Below, one piece after another: positions 17,715-28,800 of a DNA stretch of 64,000 nucleotides. A model generated the notes under the pieces. It was given only the letters and a program-made list of their open reading frames with translations. It was not told where the DNA came from and did no database searches. The stretch lies in NCBI GenBank assembly GCA_947632705.1, contig CANRQE010000006.1, forward strand, positions 2,974 through 66,973, in the 5' to 3' direction. A program made the translations under genes and the position numbers. How positions within the stretch are numbered: the stretch's first letter is position 1; the number at the start of each line of letters is the position of its first letter. This DNA comes from an uncultured Coprococcus sp. (GTDB taxonomy: Bacteria > Bacillota > Clostridia > Lachnospirales > Lachnospiraceae).

Positions 17715-20700
17715 TTATACGCTGTTCAGATATTGATCGATAATCTCACTTGCTCCCTGGTAATCCATATCGTCAATTGTCATTTTCAGGGCATCTAAGA
17801 ATTCCGTATCGATATCACTATAGGAATATCTGTCTATTTCCTCCATCAGCTGTTTCACAGGCTTTGCCTGACCTTCTTTCAGATACGCCCGCATTTCCTT
17901 CATCTTGGCCCGGTTTATGGAATCCCGGTATTCCTTCTTCTGCGGCTTTTCCTGATGGGCAATCTGTCCCAGATACCGGTCAATTGCCTGGAACATTTCT
18001 TTCATCAGAGATACAAATTCTTTTGTATTTTCCCTTGCATACTGCATATTTCCTATATTGATGGAAGCTTCCAGATTTGCCGCTTTCCGCTCAACCCGGT
18101 TTGCGCTGATATTACTGCTGTTACTCTTAATATCATGAATAATATGCTTGTATCTCCTGACATCCGAATCCAGATAATCTGAAAGAGAAAGGATCTGCTC
18201 CTCATAATCCTCTTTATAGGCCTTAATCAGCCGGTTAAAGGTATCGAAATTCCCGCCCATCATCTTCAATGCATTTTCTACGGAAATGTAATTACTCAGG
18301 ATCTGAATATCATCCTTAAATTCTGATTCTGTAATATAAAGCTTGATATCACGGATTTTCTCCATAATTTTATCCTGCGGGATAAATCTTCTGAAGATTT
18401 CTTCAATCTCATCCATCTCAAGCGGTTTTACAAGAATCTCATCAAAGCCTGCAGATAAAATATCCTCCCTTGATGCATCCACATTATTTTCCGACATGGC
18501 AATGGCCGGAATCTGACTGTATTCATCTCCATCCAGATTACGGATTTCACGCACTGTATCTTTTCCGTCCATGACAGGCATGACCGTATCAATAAAAACA
18601 AGATCGTACTGATTGATCATGATCTTATCAAGCGCATCAAAACCGGATGTAGCCGTATCACAGACCAGTTCATACGTATCAAACAAAGCTTTTGCGACCT
18701 GCAGCCCGACCTCGGAATCATCGACTAACAGCACGCGGACATCCGGAAGCCAGATTCTGGAGTTGGAATCTCTTCTTGCAAGTTCCTTTTTTCTGTTTGC
18801 ATTATAGTTTACATAACTATAGTCAAATACCTCCTGCTTTACAGAAAATTTTACAGTTGTTCCGGCACCGTAGATACTGGTTACCTCCGCATCTCCTTCC
18901 ATCATATCAATCAGCTGTCTCGCAATTGCAAGGCCCACACTGATATCGAATTTTCCGATATCATCCCTGTCATAGGTATCATCTATTTCAAAGAAACTGT
19001 CAATCCGCTCTTCCTTTACGCCGATTCCGGAATCTGAAATTACAAAATCCAGATAAATGCCATCATGCTGCTCCGGTTTTGTATCCTCCGCGTCCGGACC
19101 CGGCTTACATTTTCTCCAGTCCATCTCTATACTGATATATCCCTCTTTGGTGGTACTGACGGCTCTGGAATAGATATTTGTAACAATCTCCTTTAATTTT
19201 GCAATATCCCCGATCAGGCCATTCGGCAGGTCATCCTCAATACTGACCTTTAACTCTATCAATTCCCGATTGACCATTGTTTTAAATTTTTCAGATAACT
19301 CTGCAATTACATCAGAAACCGCATATTCCTTCGGAACCATCTCTATGCTGCCGTCTCTCAGATTCGACAAACGCACGATTCCGTCTACAATTCCAAGGAT
19401 TTCATAGCTGGACTCATACATCATGGAAAGCTGCTCTGCCTGTTCTGCGTCCTGATCCTCTTTATTCCGGAGCATCATTTCACTGATTGCAAGAATCGAA
19501 TTGAGCGGTGCGCGGATTTCATGGCTTAAGTAGTTTACATAATCATTTTTAGCCTGATTGGACTTCAGCGCTTCCTCGCTCTTTTTACTCAACTCTTCTA
19601 CCTGCTGATTTTTTCTTTTGAGAATCCGGTCTACCACTCGGAAGACAAAAATAACCAGCAGCAAAAGAACAATAATACCAAGTGCAATCATCATCCTCGA
19701 AAAATCGGTTTCCCAGAATTTCAATTCCTTTTGGATCTCAAATGCAACCGTCCGCTCGCTCGGAACACCGTCGGCATTCTGTGCGGTAAGAACAAACTGA
19801 TAGGTTCCGCCTTCAATATTGGTATACTCTGCCTCCAATAAATCATTTCCGGAAAGAACCCTGTATTCATCCTCAAAGCCGTCCAGATAATACTGAATCT
19901 GTACCTTTGAACGGTTAACATAACTCAGTACAGAAAATTTGATGGTAATCCTGCTTGTATTCCCCGGTACTTTAATCTTCCCGTTCAATTCTGAAAATGA
20001 ATATTCCGTTCCATCTACGGAAACCGATGAGATTCTTACCTGAGGAGGAATGGTATTGACATACATGGTATCCGGATTCACGCTGCACAATCCTTCATCA
20101 CAGCAGACATAGACTGTGCCGTTTCTGGCAATATAGTTTGAGGACAATTCTGTAATATCCGATATGATGCCTTCGTTTTTTGTTAAGCTGAGTGAGGCCG
20201 GCTGCGCACTGGATAGCAGATCATTCTCATAATACCGGAATACGCCTCTGGAGCCAAAGAGCCACAAATATCCGTCTTTGTCAATATGAATATCATAGAT
20301 ACTGTTCGAAGAATCCACCGTACTGATCTGGCGGATGACGCCCTCCTGATAATATAATCCGTTATCCGTTCCGATCCACAGACCGTTTGCCCCGCCTGTA
20401 ATTGCAGATATCACATTTAAGGTCAGTCCTTCCTCCACCGCAACCCTTTTTACATTGGATTCCAGATCAATACTATACATACCGCCGCCGTTAGAACCGG
20501 CATATAAAATACCGTTCTTATCCTGATACAGAGAAATGATATCCGTATTGCCAAGGCCGTCCGCTCTGGTATAATTCTTTATGACCGCACCATCTTTCAG
20601 GCAGGAGATTCCGTTTTCGGTCCCGACTGCCACACTCCCGTCCTGCAGCTCGCAGATACAATTTACCGCATTACTGACAAGGCCTGTATCTCCTCTGTTA

Positions 20701-21947
20701 TAATACTGATAGTTACCTGCATTGGATACTTCAACCACACCATAAATATTGTATGTACCAATCCAAAGTCTTCCATGAGAATCTACCATAAAATCTCTGA
20801 TACTGATTCCGGATAACAGATTCACAATTTCGTTGTCAGTGATCACCTCACCGTCTCTTCCCACAATCGTAAGGCCCTCATCCGTACCGATATATAATTC
20901 TCCGTTCCGCATAATAACGCAGTTTACAATGGACTCATTCATTCCATATGTGACGGAAAGATTTTTAAATCTGCTTTTTTCCAGAAACAGCAGCCCTTTT
21001 CGATAGGATGTAAACCAGCAGTTTCCTTCATAATCAAAAAGCATATCACTCATGGAATCATTGAATTCCAGGGCAGATATATAGACCAGTTCATTGTCTA
21101 TCCTAAAATATGCCACGCCGTTATCTGCCAGAATCCAGATAGCCCCGGCGTGCTTCATAACTTTATTGATACCCCGAAGAGACCCTGTTGACATGACTTC
21201 GAAGGTATCATCAGGATTGATCTTTAACAGATTTCTGCCTGCAGTCCCATAATATCTGATGCCTTCTTCATCAACATACAGACAGTTTACCTCATCAATC
21301 CTGTAATCTATCCTGTTCTTGAATTCCTGAAGCACCCCGTTTTTCAGTTTTACCAACGTATCATTATTGGCAATCGCATAGATCTCATCCTGATAACCGT
21401 CAATGGCAATAATATCAGAACCGGTCAGAACACTATAATCAATCGAACGGAGATTTTCTCCGTTTAATTCATAGATTCCGCTGTTTGTCGCAAGCCAGAT
21501 GGTTCCGGTTTTATCCTCATAGATATCATTGATCGTTGCGATTCCTTCATTATAGGTTGAGGACACACGGGTAAAGCCTCCCGTATCGTACATAAACAAA
21601 CCATAGTTTTCCGTTCCGACATATAAATTTCCGGTACTGCTTAACAATATACAGTTAATGCTGTAAATGCTTCCATCCGTTTCCTGATCCATCGAAAACA
21701 ACCGGAATGTACTTCCGTCATAGCGGTATAAGCCGCTGTCCGTTCCGACCCAGATATAGCCGCTGGTGGACTGGCAGATGCAATTTGCCTGTCTGCTTGC
21801 AAATCCGTCCTCTTCAGAAAAATCTTTCTGCGTATATTCTGAGGTAAAATCCTCCTCTGCACGGACAGGAAGCCCTGACAGAAATACGACTGCCAAGGCT
21901 AACAGCATCATATATATTTTTAAGGTCATCGTTTGTTTTTTCATCAT
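17715..21947 (-). CDS. Membrane-anchored hybrid sensor kinase: signal/TM, beta-propeller repeats, Y_Y_Y, TM, HisKA, degenerate HATPase, REC, Hpt
   Basis: Repeated (W/Y)xGT..G propeller blades, Y_Y_Y segment (YYLDGFED...YTNIEGGTYQF), H-box SHEIRAPL, REC (VDD...FID-VMPVMDG...KP), Hpt (IIHDIKS). Confidence 0.88.
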   Translation of the reverse strand: MMKKQTMTLKIYMMLLALAVVFLSGLPVRAEEDFTSEYTQKDFSEEDGFASRQANCICQSTSGYIWVGTDSGLYRYDGSTFRLFSMDQETDGSIYSINCILLSSTGNLYVGTENYGLFMYDTGGFTRVSSTYNEGIATINDIYEDKTGTIWLATNSGIYELNGENLRSIDYSVLTGSDIIAIDGYQDEIYAIANNDTLVKLKNGVLQEFKNRIDYRIDEVNCLYVDEEGIRYYGTAGRNLLKINPDDTFEVMSTGSLRGINKVMKHAGAIWILADNGVAYFRIDNELVYISALEFNDSMSDMLFDYEGNCWFTSYRKGLLFLEKSRFKNLSVTYGMNESIVNCVIMRNGELYIGTDEGLTIVGRDGEVITDNEIVNLLSGISIRDFMVDSHGRLWIGTYNIYGVVEVSNAGNYQYYNRGDTGLVSNAVNCICELQDGSVAVGTENGISCLKDGAVIKNYTRADGLGNTDIISLYQDKNGILYAGSNGGGMYSIDLESNVKRVAVEEGLTLNVISAITGGANGLWIGTDNGLYYQEGVIRQISTVDSSNSIYDIHIDKDGYLWLFGSRGVFRYYENDLLSSAQPASLSLTKNEGIISDITELSSNYIARNGTVYVCCDEGLCSVNPDTMYVNTIPPQVRISSVSVDGTEYSFSELNGKIKVPGNTSRITIKFSVLSYVNRSKVQIQYYLDGFEDEYRVLSGNDLLEAEYTNIEGGTYQFVLTAQNADGVPSERTVAFEIQKELKFWETDFSRMMIALGIIVLLLLVIFVFRVVDRILKRKNQQVEELSKKSEEALKSNQAKNDYVNYLSHEIRAPLNSILAISEMMLRNKEDQDAEQAEQLSMMYESSYEILGIVDGIVRLSNLRDGSIEMVPKEYAVSDVIAELSEKFKTMVNRELIELKVSIEDDLPNGLIGDIAKLKEIVTNIYSRAVSTTKEGYISIEMDWRKCKPGPDAEDTKPEQHDGIYLDFVISDSGIGVKEERIDSFFEIDDTYDRDDIGKFDISVGLAIARQLIDMMEGDAEVTSIYGAGTTVKFSVKQEVFDYSYVNYNANRKKELARRDSNSRIWLPDVRVLLVDDSEVGLQVAKALFDTYELVCDTATSGFDALDKIMINQYDLVFIDTVMPVMDGKDTVREIRNLDGDEYSQIPAIAMSENNVDASREDILSAGFDEILVKPLEMDEIEEIFRRFIPQDKIMEKIRDIKLYITESEFKDDIQILSNYISVENALKMMGGNFDTFNRLIKAYKEDYEEQILSLSDYLDSDVRRYKHIIHDIKSNSSNISANRVERKAANLEASINIGNMQYARENTKEFVSLMKEMFQAIDRYLGQIAHQEKPQKKEYRDSINRAKMKEMRAYLKEGQAKPVKQLMEEIDRYSYSDIDTEFLDALKMTIDDMDYQGASEIIDQYLNSV

Positions 21948-23326
21948 TATGCACCTGTTAAAAAGGCAAGGTATCCTTTCTTTGTTTCATAGATATCGGC
22001 TTTTGAGGTTATCTCCCACGGGGCATGCATATTTAATACTGCAACTCCGCAATCCACAACCTCCATCCCATACAGAGACAAAATATAGGCTATGGTTCCG
22101 CCGCCGCCGATATCCACCTTTCCAAGCTCAGCCGTCTGATAAGAAACCTCCGCCTCATCAAGCAGCTTCCGGATAGCGCCGAGATATTCGGCATTTGCAT
22201 CATTCGACCCGGACTTTCCTCTGGAACCGGTAAATTTATTAAATACCATGCCTTCTCCGAAAATCGCGGCATTTCTTTTATCAAATGCACTTGCAAACAA
22301 CGGATCATATCCGGCAGACACATCGGAAGAAAGCATCCTGGAAGAAGCAAGGCATCTTCTAAGCTTTAATTCACTGTATCCTCCCATGGCATGCATCAGC
22401 TCTGCAACCGTATTCTCAAAGAAATGTGACTGCATACCGGTCGCTCCGACGCTTCCGATCTCTTCTTTATCCGTCAGCAGGCAGCAGGTGGTTCTCTCCG
22501 CCTGGTCTGCTTCAAACAGAGCAATCATGGATGTATATGCACACACCCTGTCATCCTGCCCATAGGCCATGATCATGCTCTTATCCAGACCACATTCTCT
22601 GGCATGTCCGGCAGGAACAATCTCAAGCTCTGCGGAAATAAAATCTTCTTCACTGATGCCGTATTTTTTCTTCAGCAGTGCAAGCGCCTGCTTCTTAACC
22701 GCATCCTTTTCCTCTCCCTTCACAGGGCGGCTTGCAAATAAAATATCCAGATTTTCACCTTCGATCACTTTATTTGCCTTTTTTTCCATCTGCTCCTGTG
22801 CCAGATGAATCAGAAGATCCGTCACACAAAATACCGGATCGTTTTTATCCTCTCCTATAGTTATGTCAACCACTTCGCCGTTCGTCTTCACTACAACGCC
22901 ATGAATGGCCAGCGGAAGGGCTACCCATTGATACTTTTTAATGCCACCATAATAATGGGTATCCAGATAGGCAAAGCCGTCCCTTTCATATAACGGATTC
23001 TGTTTGACGTCCATTCTCGGAGAATCAATATGGGCTCCCAGAATATTGATGCCTGTCTCCAGGTCTTTTTTCCCAATCCGGAACAAAGCAACCGTTTTAT
23101 TCATCCAGACGGCATATATTTTTGCCCCGGCTTTTATCTTTTCGCCTTTTTCCACAATCTTACATAGGTTTACATAACCCTGCTTTTCTGCCCGTCTGAC
23201 AATTTCCTTCACACATTCCCGCTCCGTTTTTCCGGCATCCAGAAAAGAACGGTAATCCTTACATAGCTCGTCCAGTGTTTTTAATTCCTCTTTTGAATAT
23301 TTTTCCCATGCGTTTTTTGTTTCCAT
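21947..23326 (-). CDS. M18-family (aspartyl) aminopeptidase
   Basis: GAHIDSPR, GQDDRVC, DKEEIGS, SSDV, MHAPWEI motifs. Start moved to 23326, after AAAGGAG. Confidence 0.92.
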   Translation of the reverse strand: METKNAWEKYSKEELKTLDELCKDYRSFLDAGKTERECVKEIVRRAEKQGYVNLCKIVEKGEKIKAGAKIYAVWMNKTVALFRIGKKDLETGINILGAHIDSPRMDVKQNPLYERDGFAYLDTHYYGGIKKYQWVALPLAIHGVVVKTNGEVVDITIGEDKNDPVFCVTDLLIHLAQEQMEKKANKVIEGENLDILFASRPVKGEEKDAVKKQALALLKKKYGISEEDFISAELEIVPAGHARECGLDKSMIMAYGQDDRVCAYTSMIALFEADQAERTTCCLLTDKEEIGSVGATGMQSHFFENTVAELMHAMGGYSELKLRRCLASSRMLSSDVSAGYDPLFASAFDKRNAAIFGEGMVFNKFTGSRGKSGSNDANAEYLGAIRKLLDEAEVSYQTAELGKVDIGGGGTIAYILSLYGMEVVDCGVAVLNMHAPWEITSKADIYETKKGYLAFLTGA

Positions 23327-23336
23327 GCCGTCTCCT

Positions 23337-24995
23337 TTAAAAATCATTTTTGATACAATTGACCGAATGTCTGACTGAAACCTGTATGACCCTGATATCC
23401 GCAGCTATAAGGATTGCCATAAAAACAGCAAAGATGACTGCCGTTCTGAATGTTGTAAAGTCATACAACAGATAGCCGATCAGACAAAAAACCATCGCAA
23501 TGACAATTGCCAGTGCCATATTAAAAAAAGCGTTCAGGTTTCCTCTTAAAGCCCCATATTCATCCTCCCAGTCCAGCTTCGGATGGGTCGCATCCAGCAT
23601 AATGCCGATGTATGTACACATAATAACAGATAACAGGGCAATTACCATGAAATATATAGTACTGGGAACCGAACATTTCATGTGAATGCACAGGATGAAA
23701 ACAGAAACCTCCACTGTAATTCCGCTGAAGATAATGCTGACTAATGCCTTCAGAAAAATCTGCGTCTTATATGGTATCGGCACATGCTTGATAAAGGAAA
23801 AATGCGCGCCTTCCCTGGTAAAGGACGTCGATGCAATACTGTTCATGGCCGTTGCAAAAAAGGATAATACAATCACAAATAATAAAACAATGATATCTGA
23901 CATCACATAGCCCCGGTGAAACACCTTTGCAAAGCTGTCCATAAAATTCTTTGTCGCCGGCATGAAGAACATGGCAGCTACCAGAATCGGCCATATGATA
24001 TTTACAACCACACAGTATTTCCTGTATGCAGGCGTTCTGCATAAAACCTTACACTCCTTCGCAAAATAGGATGCTGAAGGATTCTTTACCCGATACACCT
24101 CCGCAGTATCCTTTTTCACTTTTTTTCCTGTCTTTGAAGATGCGGATACCATAAATACGCCCCGCATATACAGCAGATTTCCAAGCAAAAGCATAACGGC
24201 AATACAGATGATATGAATCCCGATAAATAACAAAAACCATAAAATGCTGTTTTCAGTCAGTGCCTTCAGGAAAATCGGAACCGTAAAAAATATTTTTCCC
24301 ATAATATTTAAAAAAATGTTATCTCCGGACATAATTCCCTGAATATAATCATCAATACTCAGACTGTCCAGCTGGGTAAAAGACAATGCAAACAGACCGA
24401 TCAGCAGAACCGACACCAGCCCCACCATAAAGTCCACATTTTTCAGCAGTTTGACTTTACTGAAAAAAGCCATGACGACCAAACAGAAAATACCGCAATA
24501 AACAAGCGGAAGCACCGGAAGCAGAAAGACTCCTGCTGCTGCCGCAAGCAGAGATACCGGATGAACCCCTGCCGCAATAAAATATCCGATAAACGCACAG
24601 AATAATATCATGAACTCCATGACGCTTTCAGCAAAATATGCATGGGTAAATTTGGCGGCTACAAGCGCAGATGGCTTGATTGGAAGCGGAAGCAGGTGCT
24701 CCAAATCCGAGGAAAAATAAAGAACATTAAAAATAACCATCAGGGAAAACACAACTCCGAATATGGACATCAGCTGAACGATCAGTTCCAGTCCTTCGGT
24801 ATTCCCATTTGCTTCCAGCAATGCCTGTGTCATAATATAAACAATATATCCTACGATAAAACAGCATGGGATCATGATGCAGGAAAGTGCAATGGTACCC
24901 ATGGTCTTATAGGCCTTTCCTTTCTTTCCCTTATCCGGCATATCCATCTCACTGTTTCTCATGATAACCTTTGTTAAAAGCAAAAAATTCTTCAT
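23337..24995 (-). CDS. Putative ABC-2 type exporter permease (multi-pass)
   Basis: Many hydrophobic segments, DLEHLLPLPI and SF-REG motifs, directly downstream of an ABC ATPase. Confidence 0.8.
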   Translation of the reverse strand: MKNFLLLTKVIMRNSEMDMPDKGKKGKAYKTMGTIALSCIMIPCCFIVGYIVYIMTQALLEANGNTEGLELIVQLMSIFGVVFSLMVIFNVLYFSSDLEHLLPLPIKPSALVAAKFTHAYFAESVMEFMILFCAFIGYFIAAGVHPVSLLAAAAGVFLLPVLPLVYCGIFCLVVMAFFSKVKLLKNVDFMVGLVSVLLIGLFALSFTQLDSLSIDDYIQGIMSGDNIFLNIMGKIFFTVPIFLKALTENSILWFLLFIGIHIICIAVMLLLGNLLYMRGVFMVSASSKTGKKVKKDTAEVYRVKNPSASYFAKECKVLCRTPAYRKYCVVVNIIWPILVAAMFFMPATKNFMDSFAKVFHRGYVMSDIIVLLFVIVLSFFATAMNSIASTSFTREGAHFSFIKHVPIPYKTQIFLKALVSIIFSGITVEVSVFILCIHMKCSVPSTIYFMVIALLSVIMCTYIGIMLDATHPKLDWEDEYGALRGNLNAFFNMALAIVIAMVFCLIGYLLYDFTTFRTAVIFAVFMAILIAADIRVIQVSVRHSVNCIKNDF

Positions 24996-25008
24996 TTCCA
25001 TTACCACC

Positions 25009-25734
25009 TCAGGAATTTGTATGCGTCATTTCAATAAAGATTTCTTCCAGAGATTTACTTTTATGCGTCTCAACCAGTTCCTCCAGTGTTCCCTGATAGA
25101 TATCTTTCCCCTTTTTTATAATTATAATACTGTCGCAGAGCCGCTCTGCCACCTCCAGAACATGCGTAGAAAAAAATACACAATTTCCGGCTTCAGCATG
25201 CTCCCGCATCATCTTTTTCAATTCATATGCAGCATTCGGATCCAGCCCGGTCATCGGCTCATCCAGAATCCAGACAGGAGGATTATGCACCAATGCCGCA
25301 ATTACCATCATCTTCTGACGCATACCATGGGAATAACTGACCATCTTCTGGTCCAGACTGTCTTCCATTCCGAATCTTGCTGCCATTTCTTCAATTCTGG
25401 TCTTTCTGTCATTCTCCGGAACGCCATAGATATCCGCAATAAAATTGACATATTCCATACCTGTCAGATGCAGAAAAATATCCGGATTGTCTGCAATATA
25501 CCCAATGGACTGTTTTGCTGCCAGAGGATTGCTCTCAATATCGTAACCGTTTATTTCTATCTTTCCTTTCGTCGGCTTCAGGATTCCTGTCAGCATCTTG
25601 ATCGTTGTCGTCTTCCCTGCGCCGTTTTGTCCTACGAATCCGACGATTTCACCTTTTTTTATGTGGAAGCTCAAATCATCTACGGATACAAAGCTTCCGC
25701 CATATATTTTTTTTAATCCTTCTGCCTTTATCAT
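25009..25734 (-). CDS. ABC transporter ATP-binding protein
   Basis: Walker A GQNGAGKTT, signature YSHGMRQK, Walker B ILDEP, H-loop STH. Start moved to 25734, after GGAGGTG. Confidence 0.93.
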   Translation of the reverse strand: MIKAEGLKKIYGGSFVSVDDLSFHIKKGEIVGFVGQNGAGKTTTIKMLTGILKPTKGKIEINGYDIESNPLAAKQSIGYIADNPDIFLHLTGMEYVNFIADIYGVPENDRKTRIEEMAARFGMEDSLDQKMVSYSHGMRQKMMVIAALVHNPPVWILDEPMTGLDPNAAYELKKMMREHAEAGNCVFFSTHVLEVAERLCDSIIIIKKGKDIYQGTLEELVETHKSKSLEEIFIEMTHTNS

Positions 25735-25843
25735 CCTGTTCACCTCCGGTTTTTTAGTCATAATCTGCATATTCTGTTAATACTTTACCATAAAAACGTC
25801 ATGAATGAAACTATATAATACTATTATTTTGCCGATTTTGGGC

Positions 25844-28800
25844 CTAAAGCCAGATAAAATCGTCCTTGTGAAAGGAGTAGATACACTTTCCGCCAACCGC
25901 ATATCCGGTAATCCGTTCAATCGTTTCTGCGTATTTTTCAAGCTGTACATGATATTTTTCCACAAGCGCTTCCAGACTGTCTGTTCTGTCTGTTTTATAA
26001 TCCAGCAGATAGGCTTTCCCTGCTTCTATAAAATAGGCGTCTATAATCCCCTGTACCACAACGGGTTCATCGGATGTTCCTTCATAATCCGGGAGTACCG
26101 AACCGGGCTCCATGGCAATATAGAATTGCTGTTCCCTGTAGAGCAGACCATTCGCATCTGCCTCTGCCATACGCCTTCCGAGGGAACTGTTCAGCATATG
26201 ATAAATTTTCCTATAATGAATATACGGTCTGAACATCTCATCAATCCGTCCGCTTTCAAACATGATGTCAACTTGTCTTTGAACCTCCCGCTCCGAAGCA
26301 AGATGGAAATCGATCAGTTCCATAATCTTATGCATAACGGTTCCTATTTCATTTCCCATAATACGCCGCTCTTTCTGCAGAATGGCCAGTGTCGGAATAT
26401 CATCCTTTTCCTGTGTTCCGGCTTGCTCAAACAACGCTTCTCCGGGATTTTCTTCTCCTTTTTGCTGCAGTCTTTTGATTTCTGTAACAGACATCTTGCT
26501 TTTTATCTGTCCTTTTTTCTCATACGGATATACCCATTCCAGATTTGCTTTGATCCGGTCATAGATTTCCTGTCTGACCGCCGTATTTTCCACATCCGGC
26601 ATATTATTTTCACGCTTCCGGCTCCAATCGGAAAAAATTTCAGATTCCGCCGCTGTATCGGTATGTACAAAATGCAGAATTTCATCCGCCTGACCGGAAG
26701 CTGACAGGGCTGACAAAATCCATTCTATATAAGAAGACGCCGACATCTTATCGATATAGGACAGCCTGTGAGCTTTTACCCTGGGATATCCGCATTGATT
26801 CAACAGAGTTTCCGGACTGTCTGTACAGGCCGTCATAATCAGCTTTTCCTTTGCACGGGTCATGGCAACATACAAAATCCGCATTTCCTCCGCATAGGCT
26901 TCCTGTTTGGCTAATTGAAGAAAGATCCTTCTCATACAGGTATTTGCCCGTATTCTTAAAACAGGGTCAATCACCTGAGACGCCAGATAATAATCGGAAT
27001 GTATGACTACCGGTTCTTTTGCATCTATATTGGAAAAAGCTTTTCCGAGCATGCTGACAAAAACAATCGGAAATTCCAGACCCTTGCTCTTATGAATGGT
27101 CATAATTCTGACGGCATTCTCCTGTCCTTCCGATATATCGGCCTCCGCAAAATCAAGCTCATGAATCTTCAGCTGTTCTATATACCGTAAAAAATGAAAC
27201 AGTCCCCGAAAACTGCTTTTCTCATAATGCTCCGCCTGATCGATCAGCATATCCAGATTCGCCTGTCTCCTTTTTCCCATCTGCATGGCGCCAACATACC
27301 AGTAATATCCCGTCTCATCCAGAATATAGTGAATCATTTCGCTGATCGTCATATATGATTTATTTTCTTTTAAGTATGACAACCGTTTTAGAAACCGCTC
27401 CAGCTTATCAGCTATGGATACTGTGATTCCTTCCTCAAGCTCCTGTTTGTGGTTTACATAATATAATATCTTTTCATATAGGTATATCCGGCTCAGCTTT
27501 CTGTCCTGTTCTGTCTCCCGAAATTTCATATTGTAGCTGCCCACAACATAGGCCAGTTCGTTTTCATTCAGCTCTGCAATCGGAGACCGAAGGACTGCTG
27601 CAAGATCATAGTCGAGATATGCATTGTCTGTAATTGCAAGAAAGCTCAGAACAGTCTGTATTTCAACGGCATCAAAGTACCCGTTTTCACTTTCGATCCA
27701 GAGCGGGATCCCTGCTTTTTGAAAAACTGTATCAAAGGCGGATACTATTGGTTTGACACCCCTTGTCAGGATTACGATGTCCCCATAGGCGGCTCTCCGG
27801 TATACCGGATGTCCCTCCGCATCTCTCTTCTCTTCTACATAATACGGATCATCACCGTCTACAAGCTGATGAATCCGGTTTGCAATCGCCATTGCTTCAG
27901 CCTCAGCAGCATCCTGCTTCTCCTCAGGTGTTTCAGCGTGATTATCAACCAGAATCAACTCGTTCTCCGGGTCGGGCCTTTCTTGTTTTGCTGGCTCTGC
28001 TTTGTGACCGGTACCTTCCAAAGCCATCTGCCGCGGCGATCTGAGGGCTGCATCCTCATCATATGCAATACCGCCAAGCTCAGCTCCCATCAGGGAAGAA
28101 AAGACTGCGTTTACAACTGTAAGCACGGCATCCGTACTCCTGAAATTACAGGAAAGCACAATCCGCCTGTGATCCGACGACTCCTCTGAATAGGTGAGGT
28201 ATTTATTCAGAAACAGATCCGGTCTCGCCATACGGAAACGGTAAATACTTTGCTTGATATCTCCTACCATAAACATATTACAGATGTCCTGTCCGTGTCC
28301 CGACACACATTGCAGGATATCTTCCTGTAAAAAATTGCTGTCCTGATATTCATCAATCAGGATTTCACGATACCGCCTGCTGATAGTACGCCCTGCTTCA
28401 GACGGTATGGCCCGTCCATTCTCATCATACCCGGCGCATACAATCTGCAGGGCAAATGCTTCAATATCATGAAACTCGTAAACATTTTTTTCCCGCTTCA
28501 CTTCCGCCAGCTGCCGCATATAGCGATTGGTCAGATGAAGCAATGCCGTTATCTGAACCGCTGTCATCCTGATCTCACGCAGGATTTCATCTGACGGCTT
28601 CAGGTCCTTCAAAATCCCCTGAATTCCTTTTTTATACTGATCTCTGATGTTTTTGACTGTTTTTTGCAGATCGGCATCCGTCTGATCTGCCCGGTTCCTT
28701 CCCAGAGTTTCAAAGGTCATCTTCTGACGACACAGTTCATCCCAATTATCCATAAGGAGGCAGGAATCCAACTGCTCCAGATCAGCTTCCAGCGCCCTTT

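Noticed and set aside
25805-26704. 299-aa plus-strand ORF antisense to addA, and similar long antisense ORFs (3150-4001, 12778-13428, 24961-25716, 50581-51321, 52874-53749, 61725-62399 on +; 40178-40870 on -)
   Set aside because: They lie opposite well-supported genes, have no recognisable motifs or RBS, and look like codon-bias shadows.
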